IMG/VR virus record: IMGVR_UViG_3300035698_007508
Span: 32,001 to 96,000 of that record
Strand: one strand, 5' to 3'
DNA: 64,000 nt
Source: a virus
Below the pieces are notes generated by a model, which was not told the DNA's origin, made no database searches, and saw nothing but the letters and a program-made list of their open reading frames with translations. Every line of letters begins with the position of its first letter. The stretch's first letter is position 1. Below are positions 26,997 to 37,015 of the stretch, in pieces. The translations under genes were made by a program, and so were the position numbers.

Positions 26997-29396
26997 ATGC
27001 CGCAACAGACCGGTCACGAAATGGACACGGTGCTGGGTCTACAGCTACCACCGGGTCAGCGAGGTTACGACGAAACAGCGAATATCGCCGGCCAAGCACA
27101 GAGCCAGGCGCAGAACCCGTACAACACGCAGTTTTTCTCGGGCGTGGTTATCCGCGCCAGCACCGGTGCGTACGATACCATCGTACGCACATCGTTACAC
27201 CCCAAACTACCGTGCCTACAGTGCGCCAGTTCTCTTGGCAGCATGGCCGGCTTCGGCGTAACCGACGACCACCTGATCAGCGAAGGTGAGCAGGTATTGG
27301 TATTCGTGCGCGATCCCCGCTGTAAGTTCGGGATCATCATCTGTGTGATCCCGCCTATGTATATCGGCGGCACCACCGAACGTATGCAGGTAGGCATGCT
27401 GGAGCCAGAATCCGGCGCCGCCCAGTTCACAGAGCAGGCACACATCGAGCCGCACAAGTCCCCGTCCGAGCTGCACACGCTCTCCTCCGGCGGCGGACGC
27501 GCTACAGACGTGTTCCCGGGCAATCAGGCATGGCATAACGAGCTGGGTATCGGTATTGCCATCCGTAACCTGATGGCACATCTGAAGGCATCGGACCGCG
27601 CCAAGATCGAGACGTTCATACTGGACGATCTGGTACGTGTGGTCAGTGGGCAGTATCAGCACTTCCATGCGCTAGGTGCCACGCATATCCACAATTCGAA
27701 AGGTAACTGCACGATGGAGCTGTCGGGCTCGCAGCATCAGTGCGAATTGCAGGGCTACTCCACCTACGACACTCCGTTCACCAAGCGCGTAGATGTCGAC
27801 AATACTGGCGCCAAACAGACCGCGTGGGACCTCAAACAGCCAGATCAGACGATGATACGGCGGCTGTCGTACTTCCTGGGCCATTTGCCCGGTATCCTAC
27901 AATTCTTCATCACAGCCCCGGAACAGGGCTCGCCCATGCGCTACGAGACCAAGGCCAAGGACGCTGGCCTGTTCCACCTGGGCATCGAGGATAATGGCCG
28001 TATGATCGTCCGCAGCGCGTCTGACATTGTACTGGAGCGTACGGACCATATACAGGCACCCAAGAAGCTGCACGAGGCCTGGGACCCCGCAGGGAGCCGG
28101 CATCCGGGGCCTGGGCCGAAGAAGCCGTGGGAATGGGGTGACGAGGACTTGCGTGCGCGTCCGTTACAGCAGCGTGACGCATCCAAGGCGTGGTTGCGGG
28201 CGATGTATGCTGGATTCATGGGTAGTCCCGACGACTGGTACACGCCAGAGGAATCAGAACTTACGCCGTCGCGGAAATACGACCGCGTATCAGGTAGCGA
28301 AGAAGACTACGACCTCAAGGAACACACCCGTAAGACCTGTAGCGTGACGCTGCGTAAAGACGGCGGAATTACCATGCGTGAGCATGCCGGCGCCGAGGTT
28401 TCGCTGATTGATGGCCGCGTAATAATCACCGCCCCCAAGGGCGTGGAGATCCGATCTGGCAAGAGCATCGTCAACCTGGCCCAGGAAGACGTCGTGATCA
28501 AGGGCAAGGATAGCGTCGATATCTCAGCCACCGACCACGACGTACGCATCAAGGCGCAGCGTAATCTACACGCGTGGTCCGGTCAGAACATGCTGCTGGA
28601 GTGCGATGCCGATGGCGAGATGTCTCCGGACGATAAACCGCCGTCCGTGGTCGGCGAAGACTTCCAGGCCCGTGGTCTGGTACTGAAAGCTACCAAGAGT
28701 CGTGTCCTGGCCTGGGGTAAGACGGTGCACCTGGCCGCTATTCGCGATGTGTTTGTCGAGACTATAGAACGGGCTGCGGGTAATATCACCATGGCAACGC
28801 GTTACCTCCAGATGGCGTGTCGAGCGTGTGTTATAGCCAGCAGTCCCGATACCGGATTGGCGTTGACCAAGAATCAGGCATTACTATTTGGTAACACTAC
28901 ATCGCTCGTAGGTAAGTCAAGTGCGAACGTGGTCAGTGGTGACAAGGCTATGGTACCGCTGCACTGGGCTGATATAGGGTTTACGCCACATGCGCAGGTC
29001 GTGCCGACGCTGCAACGCATACAAGACTACCGTACAGATTATAGCTGGCTCGCACCGTTTGAGCCGGAAGTGCGTGATTCATGGATGTTCTCATTCCGTA
29101 ACGCTCGTCAGGCCGGTACCGAGAGTACCGCGCAGGAAGAGTTCCGGGTTTACGAGTCACTGTGGGCGTATCAGTCACGGAATGGCGGTACGGCTGTAAA
29201 ACCGTGGAAAGAAGAGCCAGTCAACGAAACGTTTCCTTGGCCTGCCAAGGAACATTACGAAGGTGAGCCGTACTTTGAGCTCGATGAAGAGCTGAACGTG
29301 GCGGACACGAAAACGGGAATGCCCAAGGCGATGGCGAAGCGCGCAGGTAAAGGCGCTACGATGACGCCCAGGGATTTCCACAAATACATAGGTTAG
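26997..29396 (+). CDS. Baseplate central spike (gp5/gpV/VgrG-C-like)
   Basis: OB-fold-like N-terminus (FSGVVIRAS..EGEQVLVFV..GIII) and beta-helix-like run (SVTLRKDGGITMRE..VIITAPKGVEIRSGKSIVNLAQEDVVIKGKDSVDISA). Confidence 0.65.
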   Translation: MPQQTGHEMDTVLGLQLPPGQRGYDETANIAGQAQSQAQNPYNTQFFSGVVIRASTGAYDTIVRTSLHPKLPCLQCASSLGSMAGFGVTDDHLISEGEQVLVFVRDPRCKFGIIICVIPPMYIGGTTERMQVGMLEPESGAAQFTEQAHIEPHKSPSELHTLSSGGGRATDVFPGNQAWHNELGIGIAIRNLMAHLKASDRAKIETFILDDLVRVVSGQYQHFHALGATHIHNSKGNCTMELSGSQHQCELQGYSTYDTPFTKRVDVDNTGAKQTAWDLKQPDQTMIRRLSYFLGHLPGILQFFITAPEQGSPMRYETKAKDAGLFHLGIEDNGRMIVRSASDIVLERTDHIQAPKKLHEAWDPAGSRHPGPGPKKPWEWGDEDLRARPLQQRDASKAWLRAMYAGFMGSPDDWYTPEESELTPSRKYDRVSGSEEDYDLKEHTRKTCSVTLRKDGGITMREHAGAEVSLIDGRVIITAPKGVEIRSGKSIVNLAQEDVVIKGKDSVDISATDHDVRIKAQRNLHAWSGQNMLLECDADGEMSPDDKPPSVVGEDFQARGLVLKATKSRVLAWGKTVHLAAIRDVFVETIERAAGNITMATRYLQMACRACVIASSPDTGLALTKNQALLFGNTTSLVGKSSANVVSGDKAMVPLHWADIGFTPHAQVVPTLQRIQDYRTDYSWLAPFEPEVRDSWMFSFRNARQAGTESTAQEEFRVYESLWAYQSRNGGTAVKPWKEEPVNETFPWPAKEHYEGEPYFELDEELNVADTKTGMPKAMAKRAGKGATMTPRDFHKYIG

Positions 29397-29404
29397 GAGA
29401 CATC

Positions 29405-30205
29405 ATGGACGAACAGAAAAAGACAATCGAACACCCACGCGGGTTGCAGCAGAAGCTGCGGGAACACATGAAGGAGACAGGCCAACTGTCATCGTCTGAC
29501 GTGGCCGCATTCCAGCGTGGTGAGGATTCAGGCGACGAGAAGCCACGTGTACAGGGTGCGATGCAGGAAGCGACTGTGATCACGGAACCGACGGTGGACA
29601 AGACCGACCCGCTTATCAAGGCCGCCGAGGGCGAGACCGATACGGAGCAGGTCGCTAAGGCTGCGGAAGAGACCGCTATCCAAGATCTCAATCCCATGGA
29701 ACGTGTGGCGCAACGTCGGAACAAGATTATCGTCACACCCCAGGACAAGGAGGCATTTATATCAGCCGTGATCAATAACACACGAATGGAGCTGACCTTC
29801 CCGATCTTGGGCGGTAAAGCCGCGGTACGCGTGCGTTCCCGCAAGGTACCCGAGACCCGGGCCATCATAGCCCGTGAGCGTTTTGAGCTGGACACCGGTA
29901 TGATGCAGACCCGTATGGATTACACGTTGCGGCTCCGTTCCATGATTATGGCCGCGCAGATCGCTGAGTTCCGTGGCGAGCAGTATCCAGAGCTGGCTAA
30001 ACCGTTGATGCCCGTAGCGCAGGCCGAGAGTGCGACTACTCCGCCGGGCTGGGTGAACTGGATTGATCATTGGGCAGAAGTGGGCGATGGTACACACGCG
30101 TTACTCTGGAACTGTGTACAGACTTTCGAGGACAAGTATTGGCGCATGGTGGAAGATGCACAAACCGCGGATTTTTGGCTGCCCGCAGCATTTACCTCCG
30201 AGTAG
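29405..30205 (+). CDS. Tail assembly chaperone (G-like, putative)
   Basis: Acidic helical 266 aa upstream of a tape-measure-like gene; carries a -1 frameshift signal near its end. Confidence 0.6.
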   Translation: MDEQKKTIEHPRGLQQKLREHMKETGQLSSSDVAAFQRGEDSGDEKPRVQGAMQEATVITEPTVDKTDPLIKAAEGETDTEQVAKAAEETAIQDLNPMERVAQRRNKIIVTPQDKEAFISAVINNTRMELTFPILGGKAAVRVRSRKVPETRAIIARERFELDTGMMQTRMDYTLRLRSMIMAAQIAEFRGEQYPELAKPLMPVAQAESATTPPGWVNWIDHWAEVGDGTHALLWNCVQTFEDKYWRMVEDAQTADFWLPAAFTSE

Positions 30206-30600
30206 CCGAGCTGCTGCGGGCTGCGCATCCGCCAATTGAAATGAATTTGCACCGGCATTCCGGTGTCGCCCTAAGGCTAAGGGCCGATGTACTGGACTCA
30301 ACCACTAGGTTGGGTGCACGTTTGCAGTATATGCAGGCGTGGGCATCAGTACATGCCCACCCGAAGGCTGACATCGAAAGCGCAGGTGACACGCTGCGCT
30401 CAATGTACTATGATGCATTGAATGAGTTACCGTATTTGACCGGCGGTAAGTCGGGCGACGAGGTACAACAGGACGAGCGGATGGCAGCCGTACAGCGATA
30501 TCAAGAGCACCGTGACAGAATAATTCAGCCTGGGAGCAAACCAGCGCCGAAGCTTGAGCGCCCAAAATCGGCCAAGAAACATAGGCAGATACCGGTATGA
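30070..30600 (+). CDS. -1 frame extension of the tail chaperone (GT-like; coding from about 30175)
   Basis: No SD before its internal ATG (30241); stop overlaps the tape-measure ATG (ATGA). Confidence 0.6.
   Translation: MGRSGRWYTRVTLELCTDFRGQVLAHGGRCTNRGFLAARSIYLRVAELLRAAHPPIEMNLHRHSGVALRLRADVLDSTTRLGARLQYMQAWASVHAHPKADIESAGDTLRSMYYDALNELPYLTGGKSGDEVQQDERMAAVQRYQEHRDRIIQPGSKPAPKLERPKSAKKHRQIPV
30169..30221 (+). promoter_or_regulatory. Programmed -1 ribosomal frameshift signal
   Basis: Heptamer G GAT TTT (30169-30175) in the zero frame, 5-nt spacer, perfect 10-bp stem GCCCGCAGCA (30181-30190)/TGCTGCGGGC (30212-30221); the -1 frame stays open to 30600. Confidence 0.75.
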
Positions 30601-33600
30601 TACCAACAATCTATGGCATGATGGATATGAGCCAGTACACTGACTTAGTGAGCGGCCAGCAAACGCCGTACGCTGGTCCCGCACAAGCCGCGGGAGCGTT
30701 ACCGTCTCCACAGGCATTCAGGGCCATGCAGCAGCCTCCCCAGCCGTTCAACAACCAATGGGGTAATATGTTGTACCAGGCGAGCGCCCCGCTTATCGCA
30801 CACGCACTGGGATACGATAACGCCGTGTTTGCGCCGCAGATGGGCGGCGGTATCAGTGGTTTTAACGCGGAGTATAGCGCTGGCTTCACAACACCGTACA
30901 GGCGGGTCGGCCAGCAGCGTGCAGCGCAGCAGACGGCTATGCAGTTCGGCAATGACTTCGCGGCGGTCGCGAATCGGTTAGGCTTCCGGCCTAAGGATAT
31001 GTCGGCGGGTGAGTTCCAGGAAGCGATCTCTAACTTCGCGGGCGGGACATGGGGACAGGTAGCTGCGGAGTTCGCGGTTCAGTCGCCGATGGTGCAGAGC
31101 CTAATGGGTGGTAATCCCATCGAAGCCTATAACCTAATGGCCCGAGCGGGAGCCGGCGCCATCTCACCCGCGGGCTCTGTACTCGATATCGTGAGCCCTA
31201 CAGGCGAACTCAATGCCGCGTTACCGTTGCAAATGGAAGAACACCGCTGGGAATTGTACAGCAAGCTGTCCGACGCTGTGTACGGCTACGACCAGGCGTA
31301 CGAGGATCCTAAGACTGGCGAGATCAAAACAAGGCGTGCCAAGGGGACGACGCCTAACATGGGGTTCACCAAGGGCTTTCGTACTGAAGACGTGATAGGC
31401 GGCTTGCACGAATACATGACCAAGCGTGATTTCGGGTACATGACCGAAGACGGGCCCAGGATGTACCGCAGTATCAAGCAAGATCCGGACGCGACCCCGG
31501 AGGAGAATAGTGCGCGGTTGGTTGACCAACAGGCCGAGATGACCTCGGAACACCTTGACATGCTAGGCGCGGCCCGAGACGCGTTCGGATCCGAGAGCGT
31601 GGCCCAGCTGACGGCCAACCTTGAAAAGTTCACGCGGGGCGGGGTTAACCGGATTGATCCAAAGCGGCTGAAAGAGACGATCGACAATATGACCGCTACG
31701 GCTATGGCGCTGGGTATCGAGGGTACCACGTTCCTGGAGACCGCACTTGAGGTACAGACTATGTTGAGCGGAAGCGTAGGTCTAGCATTAGGCGGCAGCG
31801 CCGGGGCGATGCGCACAGCGTCCGGGCGGACGATCGGTGGTTGGGGCGCCACAAGCGTAACACAGGGTTTTATGAACCAGGTTGGCGCTATGGCATCGCT
31901 GCGTGGTGACATGACACGCAACGGACTGCTGGATGCTGCGGCTGACCAACAGGCGTTATTTAATCTCGGTATGTCTTCGGTGCAGGGTAAGGATATCCAA
32001 TTGATCGAGTGGATGCGTGAGAATGGTATGGTGGACGAGAGCGCGTACGCCGCACATCGTGAAGCCATTCAGTTCGCCGACAAGTCCGCGCAAGATGCGG
32101 CGGCGGGAGCGATTTTCAGAGCCAGCCCGTTCGGATCATTGCAGGACGCCCGCGCAGCTATGCGCGATCCGGGCTTCGCGATCGCGATCGGCCAGGATAT
32201 GGAAAAGTCCGGCGCCGGTAGTTGGAACATTAAACAGGCATTGGATACCGCACAGCAGCGCGAAATGCCCGAACGTACCCGTCAAATGACGGTACAGCGC
32301 GAACGTAATCAGGTAGAGCAGTTGCTCCGACTTACCGGTATACGCATGCCGCGTGATGGCGCGGCGGTTGAAGCACGTGTTGAAGCCATGGCTGAAGCCA
32401 TACTGGACGCTGGTGGTACTGAGGCCGATGCTAATTTGCTCAAGGAACAGTTCAAGAGCCAGGGTATGTCCGGTGTACGGGCGTTGATGGCTGGTGAGGA
32501 GTATGCAGAATATCGCGGTGCGGCCGAGCAGGCTGGGCAGCACGCGTATGACATGGCAACGTTAGACTACTTGAACGAGCGCGTAGGGGATCGGTCCCGT
32601 GGTTCCCAGGCCAGCGAGATCCTGGCGCAGTTGCCGCAGCTGCGCAAGTTACTCGGCACGAACATAACAACGGACCAGAGGCGGGCCGCCGCGGACGTTA
32701 CGAGCAAGCTTAAAACCGGCGATATTGCGGGCGCGCAGGCCGCGCTGGACATAATGAAGGCTGGACCCGGACTTACTGATACGCAGTCGCGATCGGTAGC
32801 TGATGCAAACCAGCGAGGCCGTGAGCGTTATGCGCAAATGGCTAACGCCGTAGACGATACTGGAGCAGTATATAATTTACAGACAGTGCGTGACGAGATC
32901 GAAGACCGGAACCTGTACGCAGCACAGGCCATGGAAGAGTACATGGCGGTTGCTAAGTTCGATAGTGTGGATCAGGAGACCAAAGCTAAGATTGCGGCAC
33001 AGATTGACTCCAAAGATTATGAGCAGGCACGGCACACAATCAACGCTCAGCGCGAAAACTTGACCGAGGGCGAAATACAACAGCTCAACGAGTCCATCAT
33101 GGGTATTGTGACGCCAGAGGCCACTATTGAGCAGATTTCAGCTGCGACGGGGTGGACTGAGACCCGGCCAGAATTCGGTATAAGCGAGGAAGAGGTCAGG
33201 CGACTCGGTGGTCAGAATTTATTGGCCAAGACGCAGGCTGGCGCCAAGGCCGGTGTTCCTGGTAGATATGACACGTCGGAGACACAACGTAAGGCCGACC
33301 AGCTATTAGCCGGTGTGGCGAAGCAGGCGGACAAGCTGGCGCCGTTACTAAGTGATAGGCGGGACGCGACCGACAAGTATCGCCGCAACCTGGGTCAGAG
33401 GATCGTCGATTGGGGCGCGGGTCGCAACGATACTACGGTACTGGACATAATGTATATGCGCGCTCCCGATGAATTGACAGACGAGCAGCGAGCCGTTATG
33501 TCGGACGCGGATTTGGCTAAACATCAGAAATTGGTCGATGAGTACCAAGAGGCTGACGACAAGTTCGGTGATTTGGATCTCGATACGCTATCAGGTATGA

Positions 33601-34040
33601 CTGATACGCAAATTAAAGAGCAGTACGGGGACGACGCCGACAAGATAAAGGCGTTGAAGTTCGCTACCGAACACGGCCCGATAGCCAAAATGATCAAACT
33701 GCAGAAGGCTGCTAAGACTGATTCGATCGCAGACAAGCCAGCTATTGACGTCGAGAGCACGGCGATAACTGCGTCAGAGCGTAGCTTAGGCGCCGCCACG
33801 CAGGGTGAAGATCCGTTCCTTGCATCCGTGGGCGGCGCGATTGGCGCAGTACGTGGTTTCCTCGGTACCGGCGAAGAGCCGTACGTTAAGCGCGCCGACA
33901 GGGCTGACGACGAGAAGGATGTCAAGCGTCCCAAGCAGCCAGAGAAGATGGAGATGTCCGGGACGGTCACTATGATCAATAAGGCTGGCACACCTATCGG
34001 CACAATGGACGTCGGTGGTGCGGCGGCGAGTAGGGGATAA
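30597..34040 (+). CDS. Tape measure protein (putative)
   Basis: 1147 aa, Ala/Gln/Glu-rich and helical; follows the frameshifted chaperone and precedes baseplate genes. Confidence 0.6.
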   Translation: MIPTIYGMMDMSQYTDLVSGQQTPYAGPAQAAGALPSPQAFRAMQQPPQPFNNQWGNMLYQASAPLIAHALGYDNAVFAPQMGGGISGFNAEYSAGFTTPYRRVGQQRAAQQTAMQFGNDFAAVANRLGFRPKDMSAGEFQEAISNFAGGTWGQVAAEFAVQSPMVQSLMGGNPIEAYNLMARAGAGAISPAGSVLDIVSPTGELNAALPLQMEEHRWELYSKLSDAVYGYDQAYEDPKTGEIKTRRAKGTTPNMGFTKGFRTEDVIGGLHEYMTKRDFGYMTEDGPRMYRSIKQDPDATPEENSARLVDQQAEMTSEHLDMLGAARDAFGSESVAQLTANLEKFTRGGVNRIDPKRLKETIDNMTATAMALGIEGTTFLETALEVQTMLSGSVGLALGGSAGAMRTASGRTIGGWGATSVTQGFMNQVGAMASLRGDMTRNGLLDAAADQQALFNLGMSSVQGKDIQLIEWMRENGMVDESAYAAHREAIQFADKSAQDAAAGAIFRASPFGSLQDARAAMRDPGFAIAIGQDMEKSGAGSWNIKQALDTAQQREMPERTRQMTVQRERNQVEQLLRLTGIRMPRDGAAVEARVEAMAEAILDAGGTEADANLLKEQFKSQGMSGVRALMAGEEYAEYRGAAEQAGQHAYDMATLDYLNERVGDRSRGSQASEILAQLPQLRKLLGTNITTDQRRAAADVTSKLKTGDIAGAQAALDIMKAGPGLTDTQSRSVADANQRGRERYAQMANAVDDTGAVYNLQTVRDEIEDRNLYAAQAMEEYMAVAKFDSVDQETKAKIAAQIDSKDYEQARHTINAQRENLTEGEIQQLNESIMGIVTPEATIEQISAATGWTETRPEFGISEEEVRRLGGQNLLAKTQAGAKAGVPGRYDTSETQRKADQLLAGVAKQADKLAPLLSDRRDATDKYRRNLGQRIVDWGAGRNDTTVLDIMYMRAPDELTDEQRAVMSDADLAKHQKLVDEYQEADDKFGDLDLDTLSGMTDTQIKEQYGDDADKIKALKFATEHGPIAKMIKLQKAAKTDSIADKPAIDVESTAITASERSLGAATQGEDPFLASVGGAIGAVRGFLGTGEEPYVKRADRADDEKDVKRPKQPEKMEMSGTVTMINKAGTPIGTMDVGGAAASRG

Positions 34041-34042
34041 GC

Positions 34043-34582
34043 ATGTCTGAAATATTTGGAAATGAATCTGGATCCCGAGGTTGTTTTAGGGTGTTCCTAT
34101 TGAAGGCTGACGCATCGCGTGGCGCTATATTAGAGATGCCGAGCGGTGAGTACCCCAAGCGAAATAACTACGCTGATCCGTTTCTTGTCGTAGGTTTCTC
34201 AGCTGCGCAAGCCGAGGCTGTCAGCTTTACCAAGGTGTTCGGTGGACGAGTTTATACTTACGCATTCGGACACGATCCGAATGCTAGTTGGTTAAATGTT
34301 GATATACTTGGTTTCCTGACCGGAAAAGGTATCGTAGCGCAGAAAGGTACGTCCGGGGGTACTGACACTTCTGGCGACGTGATGCAATCATTGATGTACA
34401 ACGCGTACGCTAATGATCGTGTATCTGTGTCGCTTCAGTACGCGAAACTAGGATTAGGGTCGGGGGCTAACGCGACCCCCATGCGCGGCTTTGTGGTCGG
34501 TATCTCGACGCAGACCGCGGACCCCATGCACAGTTTACAGCGTTTCACCGTGCGACTCGCACTTGTGGAGGCTCAAGGATGA
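34043..34582 (+). CDS. Tail tube initiator-like protein (putative)
   Basis: 179 aa right after the tape measure; tube-like beta pattern (FTKVFGGRVYTYAFG). Confidence 0.4.
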   Translation: MSEIFGNESGSRGCFRVFLLKADASRGAILEMPSGEYPKRNNYADPFLVVGFSAAQAEAVSFTKVFGGRVYTYAFGHDPNASWLNVDILGFLTGKGIVAQKGTSGGTDTSGDVMQSLMYNAYANDRVSVSLQYAKLGLGSGANATPMRGFVVGISTQTADPMHSLQRFTVRLALVEAQG

Positions 34583-35442
34583 TCAATCACGCACGCACAC
34601 TGTTACTCAATCAGAACGACCTGGCAGGTGGATTGCAATCGGGTACACCCGGCGCCGAGCTGGTGGACCCTGACTTCCAGCCGCAGACTCTCCCACAGAT
34701 CCTGGTGGACGTCCGTACCGCTATGCTGCCGGTGGGTTACACAGCTTACCAGCGCAACATGACGTTGGCCTATGTCATGCGGTTACTGCACGCCCCGGAA
34801 CTGGAGCCGTTCACATTGGCGCCCGATACCCGTATAACGTACGACCTGGACGGCGATACAGCGTCACGGTTACGCGATAGTGCGATTACCCTACACACAT
34901 GGCAAGCTCAGGCGTGTGATGTGGAGCTGCGTTACGCGATCTCCGCAACCGAGCGATGGACGAGCCTTGGTACGATCATGACCTGGACTATCGCCCATAC
35001 AGATGACAGTCCTGATCGTGTGACTGTCCAGTGTAATGATGCAGAACCGATATCGGTACCCGCGATGTTCAGCAATAACTATACCGCTACCATTGAACTG
35101 ATACCCGGCTACTTGACGTGTAAGCTGTACTCACCGACCAACCAACTGTCGGGTACGTTCAAGTTCGATCTCGTATTCTATGCCCCAGTGGCAGTCGATA
35201 TGCCGGCGTTACTGGAGAAGTATCAGCATCTGGACTTGCGTCAAACTTCGGCACGCATCATCTTCGATACGTACACCCCGTACGAACAGCAGCTTATCGA
35301 GCTACAGCGCATCTGGCAGTATTCGCCGGAAATGACGCTACGGGTAGGTGCTTACACATTGGGGCTCGTATACCAACTCGAACGGCTGAGACTCGGACTC
35401 GGGCTGCCGGTCACACGTTCAACACTACAGCGGGTGTCGTAA
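34579..35442 (+). CDS. Hypothetical baseplate-region protein
   Basis: 287 aa, coupled by ATGA and TAATG overlaps. Confidence 0.7.
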   Translation: MINHARTLLLNQNDLAGGLQSGTPGAELVDPDFQPQTLPQILVDVRTAMLPVGYTAYQRNMTLAYVMRLLHAPELEPFTLAPDTRITYDLDGDTASRLRDSAITLHTWQAQACDVELRYAISATERWTSLGTIMTWTIAHTDDSPDRVTVQCNDAEPISVPAMFSNNYTATIELIPGYLTCKLYSPTNQLSGTFKFDLVFYAPVAVDMPALLEKYQHLDLRQTSARIIFDTYTPYEQQLIELQRIWQYSPEMTLRVGAYTLGLVYQLERLRLGLGLPVTRSTLQRVS

Positions 35443-37010
35443 TGTCGATGGAGCAATATGCATACGCGGTCGTAAAAGGCTACGTGAAAGTTGGTGGTAA
35501 TATCCATCCGGTGTCGTCTTTTCAACTATCGCTGACACATAATGGGATACCATCACTACGTCTGACCATTGATCCGGTACACACCGGGGTGGGTAACGTG
35601 GTGTCAAGCCTGGACGGCGACGCTGCACCAGCTGTGATCTCGCAGTTCATCAGTAAGTTCGATGCACTCAACGCGCTGACCACGAAGAAGACCGGGCGCG
35701 AAGCCACCTTTACGTTTAGCATGACGAGCAAGGACGACAACCAGGAACTGAAGTTGGAAGACTGGCTACTTGTGGCTGTAGGATACGCCGGTATCAGCGC
35801 GTCGGGTGCGTTACAAATGAACCTGGATATCCAGCACCCGGTGCGTAAGTTGGCCGAGGGTAACATTCATCTGATAGGTAGCCATGTTGACCAGAAGTGG
35901 GGGACGGACGTCTTGGCTAACGCTCCTAATGTACTGGCCGGTATCGTAATTGCGTTGCGTGAGTATGCGAGTATGGAACCGACGAATCCAGCACCGCTGT
36001 TTTTCGATGAGCTGCGAGATCGTACACTGGGCCTTATCGACGCGTTGGAGACACATTTGAAATGGGAGGACGGCCCGGGCTGGCCAAACATGCCGTTTGA
36101 TATACTGCAGGCCTCTATACCGCACACGCTACAGGCTTACGTGGCGAACATCCAGGGCCGCGTACCGTGGGGCTGGATGATGCAGGACGTACTGTCCGAC
36201 TGGTACGCGTCGACACGGTGTACGTATTGGAAGGATAGTTTGACATTAACACCGTATACGCCGTGGGAGAAACCGCAAATCACCATAACGGATGCGGATG
36301 TAAGTGACTTCTCGATACCAGCGGTAGACCCACGTCCGATCGCCGGCGTTATCAACCTGTACGACGGTACACTGCTGACAGGCTATACCGCGCTGGCGTG
36401 GCGTGACGCCATATCCAAGATCTTCAGCGATGGGCAGTCCTACATCGAACCGGACCTGCCCGGCACCGTTGACCATCTACGGCTACCGGAGTGGGTACAC
36501 GGACTTGTCGGCATAAATCATAGCGTCGGGGCTGGTACTTCAGCGTTCAGCGGACAAAATGGGATGAATATGCCACTGAACTCGCCTGACGCGCTCGGTG
36601 GACACGGTCCTGCTGATCCTGTCAGTATCGAGTTCTTGACCGAAATCCGGACTGCGCTTGAGTATTTCTGTAAGCAGACGTTCTGCCTTGGCTTTAAGCA
36701 GATGACTCAAGTATCTTTGCGGTGTCGATTGATGTTGAACGCGGCGGGCGGCGTGGATGGCCATATCGCACCCGGGTACGTGTGTGAGTTTAAGTCAGAT
36801 CCCAAGGCCGCAACAGAGGCAGGCTTGAAGTCCGGTGGTGGCGGTGGTACACTATTGAAGTTCTTTGTGACTAATGTGTCGCACGAGGTTGACTGTGTTA
36901 ACCATACCGCCGTGACAAATGTGAGTGGACGTTATTTGCATCGGGATGCCGGGCCAGACCTGGTGGCGATCAAGGGCGGGATAGCGCCGAATTACCTGTA
37001 TTCAGCATAG
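35442..37010 (+). CDS. Baseplate hub protein (gp27/gpD-like, putative)
   Basis: N-terminal VSSFQLSLTHNGIPSLRLTI and C-terminal IAPGYVCEF...FFVTNVSHEV resemble hub proteins. Confidence 0.55.
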   Translation: MSMEQYAYAVVKGYVKVGGNIHPVSSFQLSLTHNGIPSLRLTIDPVHTGVGNVVSSLDGDAAPAVISQFISKFDALNALTTKKTGREATFTFSMTSKDDNQELKLEDWLLVAVGYAGISASGALQMNLDIQHPVRKLAEGNIHLIGSHVDQKWGTDVLANAPNVLAGIVIALREYASMEPTNPAPLFFDELRDRTLGLIDALETHLKWEDGPGWPNMPFDILQASIPHTLQAYVANIQGRVPWGWMMQDVLSDWYASTRCTYWKDSLTLTPYTPWEKPQITITDADVSDFSIPAVDPRPIAGVINLYDGTLLTGYTALAWRDAISKIFSDGQSYIEPDLPGTVDHLRLPEWVHGLVGINHSVGAGTSAFSGQNGMNMPLNSPDALGGHGPADPVSIEFLTEIRTALEYFCKQTFCLGFKQMTQVSLRCRLMLNAAGGVDGHIAPGYVCEFKSDPKAATEAGLKSGGGGGTLLKFFVTNVSHEVDCVNHTAVTNVSGRYLHRDAGPDLVAIKGGIAPNYLYSA

Positions 37011-37015
37011 GAGCA

